A DNA stretch of 64,000 nt from Callorhinchus milii (Eukaryota). The stretch is taken from positions 18,476,001 to 18,540,000 of the forward strand of contig NW_024704748.1 of NCBI RefSeq assembly GCF_018977255.1. The letters are read 5' to 3'. This document shows positions 39,191-50,757 of this stretch, in pieces. The translations under genes were made by a program, and so were the position numbers. Under the pieces are notes generated by a model. The model saw only the letters and a list, made by a program, of their open reading frames with translations, was not told the DNA's origin and did no database searches. The number at the start of each line of letters is the position of its first letter. Position 1 is the stretch's first letter.

Positions 39191-40869
39191 CATAATTTTC
39201 TTCGTTCAATCTGAAGTGAAATGCAGATTACTCCCCTTCAGGTATGATGATCCTCGTTCAATATAATTAGCCTCCCTCACTCGATCTTTCCACCCACCAG
39301 CTCCTTAGACCATGCTCTATGTTGGATTTTTCTGAATAGGTTGTCTAAATATGCTTTAAAATACCATATGCTTCAAATACAGTTTAATCTTGTAATTTGA
39401 TTGTTCAATAAATCTGTTGGTGAATCTGTTGCTAACTATGTTGTACGTAATCTGGATTTTCTCTTATGTTGTGGTACCTACGTGACTAAATTGACCAGTG
39501 TATTTAATTGTGGTAGTACATTAAACATGGGAGAAATATTAAATGCAAACAATGAAAACACTTTAAAGGGGTAGAAATCCCATATGGCTTTCCATGTAGG
39601 ATTACTAATTCACCACATATACAACAACTTGCATTTAAATGGTGTCCTTCACACAAGGGAGCATCTCATAGTGTTTAGTATAGTTAGAGAATAACTAACT
39701 AGTCATATAAAAATAAGTAATGTTCTCTACAATGAATCTAAACCTCAAATAATGTAACCTACAATGTGTTGAAAGTTTAGATGTCGGCATAGCATTGAAA
39801 AGTAGCTTTTATAACAGTTTGCCATTTGAAAGTGTAAGAGGGCTCTTTAGGATTTCACAAAAATTAGGTATGTGTATGATGACATTATTCCATGAATTTT
39901 CTTATTAAATTGCTAGAATTTAATGCTCTGGAGGGATTGTTTAGTGAATCAAGGAAGTTTAATTAGTCACACAGATTAAGCACACTGAAGGATACAGATC
40001 ACCTTTCCCCAATTATTAACTATACCTGTTGATAAGAACAGTGCCTTCGGTTTGTTGAATCAGAGTGAGATGACATCACTGATGTTTTACATAAAATAGT
40101 ATCATTGCACACTCGGACAAATTAGTTACAATTGTATTTAATTAGGCACTTATACTGTATTACATTGGGGAAACAAATAACACTATTATGTGCTATTGGT
40201 ATATATTGTATGATTGTATATATGTTGATTGAAAGCATACAACATTGGAGTTAACATATAATCATTATTTACTTATCTGAACAAAGGCAGCTTCCTAAAC
40301 TCTGGATAAATCTCATCTTAGTGTACAGCTAAGGGATGGAGGGAGAATTGAATCTTAAACATTATCTGATAATTTTGATGAATAGCTTGTAGTATACAAT
40401 CCAGGTAAAGTTCTAGTTCATCTCCATTTCAATGCACTGGCAATTGTCTGTATCATCTCTGATTCTAACTTCGCCTATGCTGGGTCTTACTGGTTTGAAG
40501 GATTTACTTTATCTTGGTAATGTGGTGCAATGTGATACTATGTTATCACAAGATCTTGTTGAAAATATGAGCACCAGCTGTTGCAAACACTTGTCACTCA
40601 CTGATGGTGTTGCTTTAGTATTTTCAACAGTGAAAACACTGGAAAACAGAAACCTCACCGATTTTATTCAAGTCTTCATTTTATATCAAACTTTTTCTTA
40701 ATTTTTTTTTAACATTTAATATTAAATGTTTACTCTTCTAATACTACAGTTTAATACTTCATCTACAAACAAAGAATAGCATAACCTTAGTGTAGCTGCC
40801 TACTACAGGATAGGTGTAGATGTTGTGTTGTGCTGCTTAGATGTTGTGCTTGAAAAAATGATGTGCTAT

Positions 40870-41907
40870 TGTTAGAAAATAAAATCAGCCAAATCCATAA
40901 GGAAATAACGCTAATTCCTCTAACCAGATATCAGACTGTTTTATTATTATTTGTTTGTTATTCCCCAATATCCCGATGGGTCAGACCAAAGGCCGGTACA
41001 ATCAACAGATCTTATAACAGAATAACACCACTATAGATATCTCGAGTTCAAGAGTTCAACACTGTGTCTTTACAGCACACAAGCTTGATTCTTCATGCTT
41101 TCAGTCTTCTTGTTTACAGCTTTCAATCTTCCATCTGATATCCTCAGTCTTAGTGTTTCTAGCTCTCAGTCTTCCATCTCCCGTACCCTTGTCTCTACGA
41201 CCCGAGATGGCTCCATCTCTCTTATCCTTGTCTCCGCGACCCGGGACGGCTCCATCTCTCTTATCCTTGTCTCCACGACCCGGGACAGCACCGTACACAA
41301 AGTTAACAGAACTCTTCATGTTCATCCAATCATGGTGCGGACATTAGGTCACCTAGTCGAAATCATGCTGGGTTCACGTGAACACCTCATGGGGTGTACG
41401 TGCCTCAGCACACATACACATTGTCCTTAAGACCCCTGTTATCTGATCTAATTGTCTAAGATAGAGGATTGATCAGTTTAGGATTGTATCTGGTGCTCAT
41501 TATTTTGTGGTGTGGGATCATTAGTACATTCCTTTTAAGTGACTGGTTATTCCTTATCAGTATCCCGGGATGGTACCAAGGTCCTCTAGTTTAAGCAACT
41601 TGCTCATTAATTGCTATTCTTGAGGGTTGCCTTCTGTTGGTTGGCAGGCTCTGTCAGAATCTAGTGACTTATTGCTCAGTCGAGATCCTGTGTCGACCGG
41701 TACCTTGGACTCTTGTGGGCTTGTTGTCATTTACTGATAAGAGGTGACCCCCTGCCCCTGTCCGTTATTCTTTCAAAAACAGAGAAAACCAGATGAGTCC
41801 TATCCCATGACTGTCAGTCCAATTGTCCCCCACACTTAACTTAAACGTTAACCCATTCACAACATCTGTTATGTTCTAGCAGTGTACAAAAAGTGTATAT
41901 TCTAACA
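40870..41907 (-). mobile_element. Solo LTR (1038 bp) with 4-bp TSD CTAT
   Basis: Ends TGTTAGAA...TTCTAACA (8-bp inverted, TG..CA). CTAT flanks both sides at 40866-40869 and 41908-41911. A minus-strand AATAAA lies at 40940-40945. Confidence 0.85.
41187..41289. repeat. 39-bp tandem repeat, about 2.6 copies, inside the LTR
   Basis: Unit ccttgtctc(t/c)(a/g)cgacccg(a/g)ga(t/c)ggctccatctctcttat starts at 41187, 41226 and 41265. Confidence 0.93.
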
Positions 41908-42379
41908 CTATTCTCCAAATTCGACAGTTTTTGCTATTTCTGCTTCTAACCTAGTTTCTGACTAGGTTTTGCCAACAGTGACTTGTTTGAGATTAATAAT
42001 TGAGTGGATTGTGTGTTAGCCAATGAATGTGTTAGATATACTTTGAGACCTGTATCAACTTTTATAACTTAGAACCTGAGGCAACTTTCATAATGCAATC
42101 ACAAAGATAAAAGTAGCTGTGGGCAAGTTCCTAAATTGGTTTGATACTCTTAAGCATGGTGTGGGTTTCCGTACCCAAATCCCAAATGACCAAAAAAGGA
42201 CAAACCAACTTCTGTGAATTAAATTCAATAGATAAAAAGAAAGCAGGAAAGATGTGAAGGAATGATATATATACAGTAGATTCTGAGATGATTCATACTG
42301 TAGCTTGCCTTTCTCAGAAAAGATGTTTAGCAGAATATAAATACTGTTTCTTTGGAAATAATTGAAAGGTTTTATACAA

Positions 42380-42679
42380 ATAATAATAATAATCCTTGAA
42401 TTTGATATAGCTTCTGGACGCCTCAAAGCACTTCACAGAATATACTGTAAAGTGAATTGACTATATTTGTGGATGAAACGCGGCAGCCAATTGCGCACAG
42501 CAGTGACCCACAAACAGTCATGGATTGAGTGACTAAATCGGTATTGCTTTTTTTTCTTGAGGTATTATTATTAGGCATGTAGAGTAAGGAAAGTTGCCCA
42601 AGGTTTCACCCTGCTGGGAATCGAACCCAGGTCTCTCGCTCGCAAGGCTAGTGCTCTAACCACTGAGCTACAGAACTCC
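42380..42679 (-). mobile_element. tRNA-derived SINE, near full length
   Basis: Reverse complement of the 2731 family. Confidence 0.9.
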
Positions 42680-43862
42680 CTAGTCCTGGTTACATCCAAC
42701 TCATTTGAGACTGGTCCCTCTAATCACAAACAGTGTATTTGAAGCACATCTGATTGATTTGGAAAGAGAAAGGAAGCACATTAGTACAGATATCATAAGA
42801 CATGCTCTGTGATGGTGTAGTGTGAACTCTATTAGAAAATAATGTCTCCGCTCCTTTGTGTTAGGTCCTTGAAAAATAAACAGGTCTGTATTTGTCTACT
42901 TATAGTTAGAAACAATATGAAGTTCTTCTATCAGTTTATTGCTTGGATTTAGATTTTCTATCATCCAGAACACCAGAGTACATCGCTGCTTAAGATGTGT
43001 GAAAATACTTTAGCGTCTGTGTTATATTACTTTTTCTTTGTAATATTGTCCTCATAAATCTGTTATGATGTACTTAGCGATCTATGATGCTTACAGATTC
43101 AACACATCAGAAAGGTAAAACTTGTCTCACAACCCAGCTCACTTTCTCTATTAGAGGGTGAGCAGTCCTATGCTTAGTGAATTTTGCTTCACATTGATAA
43201 GAAGAGCCAACATCAAAGACTTTAAAAGACCACTGTATTATATTCATAATGCATAACGATTGCATAACTATTAATATGTATGTTATGACTAAAAACCCAT
43301 TGCTTGAGTACCTTTCATACATGTACATGTAGTGTAATCAAAATTGCTAAATTTCTTTAAGTTATTAACTGAGTCACTTCAGAATTAAAATAATCTGAAT
43401 TTAATATAGTGCCTATGTCAAATGTCTCAAAGCATTTACAAATGTTTCTTTACAATGTGCAGTGACTGAATAGGTGAAAGCGACATTAAATTTGCGCAAT
43501 GCCCCATAAACTGCTGTAGACTGAATGGCCAATTTTAGACAGGACACCAGGAAAAACTCCCTTCTCTTTTCAAATAATACCATGGGATCTTTAACATCCA
43601 TCTGAGCAGTCAAGATGGGACATATCATCTGAAAAACAATATCTCTGACGTTGCAGTGGGCCACCTTTTCTATTCCTAATAATCTCATAGTTATTGGATA
43701 GCAAATTATTCCCCCNACACACATTTTCTTTCCTCTTCTCGTGGAGACATTTCCTCATGCTGGGCAATAGCAGCTGCTGGCTGACTATTCAACTATGATA
43801 CCATCACACTTAAGTCTAATTATATTGTGTTCAAACATCTAAAGCGTGCACTTTCCAGCAGA

Positions 43863-44216
43863 TGTCCTTAGCTCAGTGGTTAGAGAACTTGCCTCATAAG
43901 TGAGAGACTTGGGTTCAGTTCATGACAGGGCGAAATGTTGGGCAAATTTCCTTACTCCACACGCCTCTGTTTACCTAACAGTAAGTAGTAACCCAGTTGT
44001 TAGTCGATTGGCGGATCGCTTTTCTGGAGATAATAATCCCTCAAAAGAAAGCAATAATAATTTGGTCGCTCAATCCACGACTGTTTGTGGGATACTGCTG
44101 TTCACGTTTTGCCCACAAATATACAGTCAAATAATTTTGCAGTATATTCTGTGAAGCGCTTTGAGACGTCTAGAAGATGTGAAAAGCACTATATCAAGTG
44201 CACAAATTATTATTAT
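43863..44216 (+). mobile_element. tRNA-derived SINE, longer variant
   Basis: Same head and tail as 2731, plus about 65 extra nt after ccacacgcc. Confidence 0.88.
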
Positions 44217-45807
44217 GTCACTGCATTCAAGAGTAGGAATTCTGGCCCATTTTTCGCTTCCTGAACTGGGAATACTGAAATACACTAAACTCATCAGAGG
44301 CAGGAATTCTTCCCGGTGACCTTTAAATTTGGCTTTGGTAGCAACACATTCGTCAACAAGAAAAGGACAATAATGTTCTAGTTTATTCAAATGAGCTGCT
44401 CATGATACATATTTGAATTAACATTTCAGTCAACTGCTGCTGTTCAATTAGATTCATGTTTAATCTTACTTAGGTGTGACCGAGCCTCTGTGATCATGGT
44501 AAATGCTGAAATGCTATCAGAGATAATATGTTACAATCAATAGGAAACATGCACCGTTATTCCCATGGGGAATAACGGTCTAGAGCAGAACATAGAAACA
44601 TTGATGAATTTATTCATTTTTTTCTCTTGCCCTTTTTAAAAAAAAATATCCCCACTATTTTTCCCATTTCCTTTAACCATTGTATTTCTTTTGAGTTGCG
44701 TTTCATTTCAATTCTATCAATTTCGTTTTTTTAAAACCTAGTTTCTGCCCTCTGTCGGCTTTGAAAGTCAATTAAATGATCTCTTCATTAAAAGTGCTTT
44801 ATGCAGTATATATTGCCTATTATTAGTAAGGAGCCATAAATTTGTATTATATTAAAAGTTGTTTTAGTAAGGTGCAACTGTCCATATTTGTATGGACCCC
44901 TATAATTTTATCTTAGATAGATTTAGATAAAGCCCCATTTATGAATATTATTTGAAATTGCTTCCAGCAGTAAAATTCCTTGGAGCGGGAAACTGCATTT
45001 AGATTTCTTGCTCTTAACTTGCGCTTGCTGGGGCTGAGGTGAGTTTTCCAAAGGCATGGAGTTTTGCTGAATGCCAGTTAATTTGTAATGTCATTAAAGA
45101 ACCAGTCACACAAGAAGCTCTTTAGTAACACTAGAAATGATCCTTTAATATTGTAGCTTTTGATCACCCAATGGAATTATTTCCTTAAGGTGTTTTTAGC
45201 AGTTGGTCTCAATTACAAATTGCTTTGGAATTGTGTGTGATTTATGCTGTTTTCACACAGATTCAGCATGATATTCATGTTACATCGACTCAAATTGCAG
45301 TCTAAACATTGCACTGTAGAATGAGAGATATTTAATGACTGCCTGATATCTAATGTGTGGCAATTTATACCTGGATTCCTTAATAAAGAATTTGAAAATA
45401 CATTGCACCAACCCTTAGGAACCAGTGCTGATCATCATAGGAGGATAATTCTCCCCCACTCTGTTTCAATTAGCTATCCTGGGTGTCTTTTTTACAGTGT
45501 AGATATGCAACAGAGATAGAGAAAGAGAGAGAAGGTTTGGGAGACTCGGAGAGATGGAGATCAAGAAACAGTAGGCCTCCCAAGAAAATGGGATTCTATC
45601 TCACTTTCAGCAGCAACACTTCCTGCAAATAGTGCACATACACCGCACACAGGAGGCAACGTCAGGAGCACATCCTGGGCATATTGTGCATGCACGCAAT
45701 GCACAGGAAGTGGCATCAACGGCAACAGGACAACTCAAAAGTCGACCGTTCTTTCATATTTCTTTATAATATGACTTGTGAGATATTGGACCTTAACAGG
45801 CACGTTC

Positions 45808-45862
45808 TATATATAATATATATATATATATATATACACACGTGTGTGTGTATATATATATA
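45808..45862. repeat. (TA)n/(CA)n/(TG)n compound microsatellite
   Basis: Directly visible; flanks the Penelope remnant. Confidence 0.9.
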
Positions 45863-45863
45863 A

Positions 45864-46240
45864 ATAAACACAGAAGTCGCTGGGAACACGTAGCAGGTCA
45901 GGCAGCATCCATGGAGAGTGGAAAATTAGTTAACGTTTCACGTCTACGACCTTTCGTCAAAACTGGGGGATGTTGGAAGGGAGCAGATTATAAGGGTTCC
46001 TATGGGAACCCGCATGGCCCCTAGCTATGTCTACCTGTTTGTAGGATACATTGAACAATCTCTGTTCCAATTCCTTATAATCTGCTCCCTTCCAACATTC
46101 CTCAGGTCTTTTGAAAAGTCATAGACCTGAAACATTAACTAATTTTCCTCTCTCCATGGATGCTGCCTGACCTGCTGCATATTCCCAGTGACTTCTGTGT
46201 TTATACCAGATTTCCAGTAGGTGCAGCATTTTGCCATTTG
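45864..46240 (+). mobile_element. Penelope-like retroelement remnant: inverted pseudo-LTR arms around an RT fragment
   Basis: Arms 45864-45995 and 46073-46204 are reverse complements. The spacer 46002-46070 encodes MGTRMAPSYVYLFVGYIEQSLFQ, a Penelope RT motif. Each arm carries a hammerhead-like core. Confidence 0.85.
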
Positions 46241-46554
46241 TTTACATTCTCTCTCTCTCTCTCTGTATATTTATAGACATACATACGTATAAATATAAAT
46301 ACTATATATGTATATTGTTTCATATTATATCTAAAAATGTCTCTATACATGTAACTTACACCCTTCCAGCTAAAGACACAGGTACATGGAACCCCAACTA
46401 TTTCCCCCTTCCCATGTCTGAACACTGAGGCCTTTGCTGGCATTTTATCTGGGATTAGTGAACCCAGGACAAAGTCGAGATTGAATATGAAATTTAGCTG
46501 TCAGGCTTATTTTACTCCCTAGAAGGTGTAGCATTTTGAATAATCCGTTAAAAA

Positions 46555-46722
46555 AGAATTTGGTAGCTCAATCCATGACTGTTTGTGGGACACTGCTGTG
46601 CCCAATTGGCTACGGGGTTTCGCCCACAAATTATTCAGTCCATTCACTTTACAATATAGTCTTTGAAGCGCTTTGAGACATCTCAAAGGCATGATAAGGC
46701 TCTATATCAAATGCAAGGATGA
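46555..46722 (+). mobile_element. tRNA-SINE 3' half
   Basis: caatccatgactgtttgtgggacactgctgtg...atatcaaatgcaaggat. Similar tail-only pieces lie at about 20290, 29140, 30040, 33245 and 38505 (+) and 19570 (-). Confidence 0.85.
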
Positions 46723-49416
46723 TAGCATTTCATGAGAAGATCTATACAATCTATTTAAGGAGCCTTGGGTATCATCTGTAAGTATGGAGATGCAGCTAAT
46801 AGTATATTCTAGCTAATGTAACATGTCACCAAGTTACATCCCAGTAGTACCACAAAATGAAATATGTGCCTGGCTTATCAGTAAATAAGTAGTGTAGTGC
46901 CTTTATCTTATCTCAGAGGCTGATCCCAAATGTTACATTCAGCCAGTCATGCAGTGAAGATCCGTGGTAGGTTTTTAAAAGCTCATTAACAAAACACAGA
47001 TTAAATGCAACAATAGTTAAGGAGTAGGAGCCAAAGCTTTCCACAACACTGGACCCAAGTCCCCAATTTATTCAGTCTAAAGGAGATAACCAACACTCAG
47101 AGGTAAATTCTCCATTCTGCTCCAAACTCTGTTTAGTCAAGCTTAGTCTAGTGTTAACTTCATGCTGAACTTTTGCATGTTGCAGCTTTTTTTTAAAGCT
47201 TCCAGAAAATTCGACTGTTAAAAGGAAATGTTTTGATGGCATATTATCTACACTGTAAAAAAGACGCCCAGCTCCTGCATTTGTTCAGCTATTGCGTTTT
47301 ATTGACAAAAAGTTTTATTTTTCTCTCAATTTGAGACTTGCACGAAAATTCTTAAAAGTTGCATTTTACTGCATATGGTAGGTTTATATGATTGGAAATG
47401 ATAAGAGATTATTTTTGGAGCAGATTTATATTTATCACTCCTACCAGGGACCCTGTGTGCTACTCAGTGACACACGTTATTTATAGCACTGCTAGTTTTC
47501 TTGTCATTATCTGGCTCTTTAATAACGCCTCAAGAGAGTTCTCAAAAAGTTCTTGAGCAGTCCAACGGATCACCCCGAAACTTAGAGGGGTAATTCCTAA
47601 GCATAAACTGAATCAATTTCCGCTCTCTGCATTTATGCTGTAGTCAGTTTGTTGTTGCAACCAGCTCCTCAAGGTCATCTCGGCAAAGAGGTCTAAATTT
47701 TAGGTAACATGAAATATAGGTAAATTTAAGGTGCTTGCTTATTCCTCATATAGCAAGGAATTGTTTTTAAGTAGGACAATCAAAGGGATGGGGTCCCTTT
47801 CAGACAATTGTACTTCCCACGTGATATGATTCACCCTAGCTCCTCATTGCCAACCTTATTTTTCCGTTGTCTCCTTGGGGGTCAGAATGATTGGTCCAAG
47901 TCACCAGATATTTTGCTATTGGCAATAAAAAGTGTCCAAAGGTATTTCTTTACGAGAGCGCAACCAAATGTGGTTGTCAGTTAGGTTCAGTTTAAAGTGT
48001 TCGTTTTACCTCTGGGTGAGAGGGCTGTAGGTTCAAAACCTTGCCATGGGTTAAACTCATATCTAAAGCTGCCAGAGAATTGCATTATCAGTGGTGTCAC
48101 CCTTTCAATGAGATTTTAAACCAAGGTCATTTTTGCTGGCTCAAGTGAATTTTAAAAAGATTCTAGAGTTAGGATTCAAGGTTTTAGATATTTTCTGTGC
48201 AACCTTCACTTTGGGGTTTTTTCCTGGGCATTAGTACTACATATACAATATTTTCATGTTTCATATAATGCAGTTTAAAGCTGTTTCCACTTTGTCAGTG
48301 ACCTGCACATTTTCATTTGGAAGTTATAATTCAAGCACGGTGCTAGTTTCATGTTTTAATTTGGATACATCACAGAGGCAATGCTTTTGCTTTTCAGGTT
48401 GAAATTTATTGGAGACAGTATGGCAATAGAGGACACAGTAATGGCCTTTGTTTAGATTTTTTTGTAAAGACCAATGACACTGTAAAGAAAATAAATTTTA
48501 GTAAAACGTTTGATTGAATTCCTCATGGGGACATGATTACTTTTTTTTAAATCAAGTAACTTTTTAAATTTGAAGTGCGGAACACGAGACAGTCACAACC
48601 ACATTCTACGGTTAACTAGACCATATCTGCATAGATGCAATACACCACAATGGAACATTGTAAGATAGACCATAGGCACATCAATGTGCTGTTCCAGTGG
48701 GTGACGGGTAAGTGGTCATAATCCATTTGATGTGGGGCAAATAGCTTTATTTAAAAAAATAACTGGTATAAATTTGATGTAAAGGGATGCAACCAGAAAC
48801 AATTGCAACAAGGAGTGCTATCTCATAACATTAATTTGGGTTCTTGCTGGGAGAATGTGAAGACTTGGAGAAATTATGCTGAAGTGGCAATGGAATGACT
48901 AAGATAAATTCCATGCCTGGAGCATTCTTCCAACAAACTAACTATTTTTGTAGCAGTGCACCAAATGAAACCTTTGGCTTTTAACTTTCTTCAAGTCTTC
49001 CATTGTCAGGTAGAGAACCTATTGTATTTTCTTGCTTTTGCTATTGAAGTGAATGCCTAATCCACTTCTGGGTTGATCATATGATGCACAAAGTAGGACT
49101 GATGTCATGACACTACCAGCAGCAAATGAAATCGAGAAAATAGTGAACTAAACATGAGGGAAAAGTAAGAAATCAGTTTCTACACATTGCCAGATTACAT
49201 TAAAGGTAGCAGCAGATCTTGGAGTTAAGTATTTAATGTTCACCTTTGCAGTTAATTTCCTCTCGATTATTTTTGTGACACTCTCAGACTGAATAATTCT
49301 ATATAAGGTATACTAGTATTCTACAACTATTATCAATGTCTGTTGGTAATAAGGATTGATATTCCACATTAACAGATACTAATATGTTTTTGGTTTTGCT
49401 TCTATTTTTTTTACAG

Positions 49417-49536
49417 TTGACACCAATTGGCACAACCATTTTCACTGGCTTCTCTAGAAATAATGGAGCAATTGACATAGACGATGGCCCTAACAGACAG
49501 ATAGAATATGTTATTCGACAGAATCCAGATGATCCA
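49417..49536 (+). CDS. PCDH15: PCDH15 exon 6 (120 nt): [40 protein letters not shown]
   Basis: ttacag| and |gtaagt flanks; DxD motif present. Missed by the ORF track. Confidence 0.96.
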
Positions 49537-50646
49537 GTAAGTATTTCCTAACTATATTTTCCCTATTGATAATTCAACAGTGGACAGAATTAAGTGATTT
49601 TAAATATCTTTAAGCGACTTTAAGCATCAAGTGGAGCATATGTTATAATAGTGCAAAGGAACCTGTATGGAATCTTGATTGCCAGAACACTTCTAGGTAT
49701 TCAGTTGGACATTTAAATCAGTTGGTTAGTGTCAGTAATGGAATATACCAAATGGCAGGATTGTGGGCTGGTAATAATCTAGTCTTGCCACTGAGCTAAA
49801 ATATACAGTTTAACTGGAAATTTGTATACATAATTTTATGATCACCTCTGAAGAAACTTGCCGGATATTGTTTTGATATGAATACTTTAATTTACACAGA
49901 TATCAGTGGGTAAATTGAAAAGAAAGATTCAAATATAACTCCAGGAAAGGAAATGGCTGACAGAAAGCATTGCACAGAATTATAATCTGGCTGCTGATAT
50001 TTTATACAAATACATTTTTCAGTATTTTGTTCATCTGAATGAGCATCAGCGCAAGATGGTTACACAGTGCCATGATGTATCCCTTATCTGAAGTCAAAGA
50101 ATATGTTTTCATACCCAATTTATTTTAAATTACAGCCTTGTCTGAAAACAATAATTTTGTGTCCAAATTAGTTGTGCTTTTATACTGTGATCAATCATCC
50201 ATTTTTAAAATTAGAATAACAAAAAAGATATTTATTCTACCACAACATAGCTGCTTTAAACAATAATCTGTATTTCTAAATAAGTGATTTGTTAAATGTG
50301 AGAAATGTAATTTTTTTTCTACAGTGAAGTCTCGGGTCAAGTATTGTTAAGTATCGAACAATAGGGATTCTGTACCTATGGCATTTGTAGAACTCTTTGC
50401 AGTCAATTAATTCAGTAATAAAGTGCTAGTAATAAAGAGAATTACTTTGAATTGCTTAACATAATGGAATACTGAAAAGATATTTTGCGACATTTCTAGC
50501 TGTGAAGTTTTGAACTAAATGTATTATTATAATTTAGCGATCTGAGACCCTACCCTTTGTGAAGGCGCAACATAAGTGCAAGTTGTTGTTATAAAATGTA
50601 ACCGGAAGCAAAATTGAAACTTAATCTGAATTCTTTGTGTTCATAG

Positions 50647-50757
50647 GAATCTAGTAAGACATTTGACATCCCACTCACATTATCAGGAGCTGTGATTTTA
50701 AGAGAGAGGCTAAATTATGAAGAAAAGACACGTTATTACGTCCTTGTTCAAGCCAAT
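50647..50757 (+). CDS. PCDH15: PCDH15 exon 7 (111 nt): [37 protein letters not shown]
   Basis: tcatag| and |gtaagc flanks; LNYE motif as in human EC2. Missed by the ORF track. Confidence 0.96.

Noticed and set aside
41095-41430. Repetitive ORFs and a possible CRISPR-like array
   Set aside because: A head-to-tail 39-bp repeat without unique spacers, inside a solo LTR in vertebrate DNA.
45617-45712. CACTTCCTG...CAGGAAGTG inverted ETS-like pair
   Set aside because: Only 9 bp pair well and the rest is weak; likely a decayed MITE centre or chance.
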